Shown: positions 63,692-64,000 of the stretch, piece by piece
How the letters are laid out: each line of letters opens with the position of its first letter
How positions within the stretch are numbered: position 1 is the first letter of the stretch
Source of the DNA: Phoronis australis
Lineage: Eukaryota; Animalia; Phoronida
Assembly: GCA_002633005.1 (NCBI GenBank)
Contig: NMRA01000547.1
Span: 135,561-199,560, forward strand
Reading direction: 5' to 3'
Length of the DNA: 64,000 bases
The notes under the pieces: model-generated
What the model saw: the letters and a program-made list of their open reading frames with translations, nothing else
Database searches by the model: none
Told to the model about the DNA's origin: nothing
Program-made: the position numbers and the translations under genes

Positions 63692-63745
63692 CTTCACAAA
63701 ATTCAACAAGTCCTGGTTGGTCTGCACATTTTCTGCGTCACCATT
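63692..63745 (-). CDS. DOCK9: DOCK9/10/11-like exon (NGDAENVQTNQDLLNFVK), phase 0-0
   Basis: Acceptor cttactgtcttag and donor gtgagt. LLNFVK|SLHA matches the recalled DOCK9 ELVKYLK|SLHA junction. Short and divergent, so less certain. Confidence 0.7.
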
Positions 63746-64000
63746 CTAAGACAGTAAGAACGACATTATACAACCAATCAAGAATTCCATTGCAAAAAAG
63801 AAAGCACCTGTAAAGAGGCGAATGAAAGCTAATTGCTGGCACCATTGCACGTACAAAGCCAAGCAACATTTATTCTATAACTCATAAGGAAACAACACGC
63901 AGGAAGACAGAGAACTATCCACTATGAACCAGTAGCACACACTTTCACAACACTGGGATTGAGCCATGCACGTCAAGTAGTATGTTAAAGACTGAAGGAG

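Larger units (their letters stand above)
4328..63745 (-). other. DOCK9: Span of a partial DOCK9/10/11 (zizimin)-family gene: 15 exons, 2016 coding nt, continuing beyond both window edges
   Basis: The exons join in frame with matching phases. The product is collinear with recalled DOCK9/10/11 motifs: SLHA..FLPTVLNQLFR, KTVHEEL, SWFFFDVLIK, RCFTFLDRGFVF, CDHEHFIPLNLP, LATLYLPL, EANMATE, QSETLLKH. Confidence 0.95.

Noticed and set aside
1-64000. Remaining short ORFs in the six-frame track as independent genes
   Set aside because: They are 60-120 aa, often have non-ATG starts, show no motifs, and many are antisense shadows of exons or lie within repeats.

Overview
Eukaryotic, AT-rich, repeat-dense genomic DNA, most likely from a marine invertebrate. 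The whole window lies inside one large minus-strand gene, a DOCK9/10/11 (zizimin, DOCK-D) Cdc42 GEF. I reconstructed 15 exons with GT-AG sites and consistent phases (2016 nt, 672 codons, the segment between DHR-1 and DHR-2); both ends of the gene are outside the window. The introns are full of mostly degenerate mobile DNA: a DIRS-like retrotransposon (gag, RT, RNaseH, methyltransferase-like domain, tyrosine recombinase), Penelope-like fragments including a 630-bp foldback with hammerhead-like cores, two TTAA-flanked Kolobok-like elements (one with a THAP remnant, one with a KolX/P2X7-ballast-like remnant), ISL2EU-like elements, a decayed Tc1/mariner transposase, several MITE families and Helentron-associated (HINE-like) elements. 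The most notable observations are: HINE-like elements built from a 3 x ~145-bp higher-order repeat whose monomers carry CTCF-consensus-like motifs, all in one orientation and often next to exons; a 34-bp minisatellite placing about ten 5'-splice-site-like motifs just downstream of a real donor; and several candidate cassette exons, one encoding a polybasic NLS-like peptide. There is no prokaryotic system or CRISPR array. All family assignments come from recalled motifs and structure, not from database searches.
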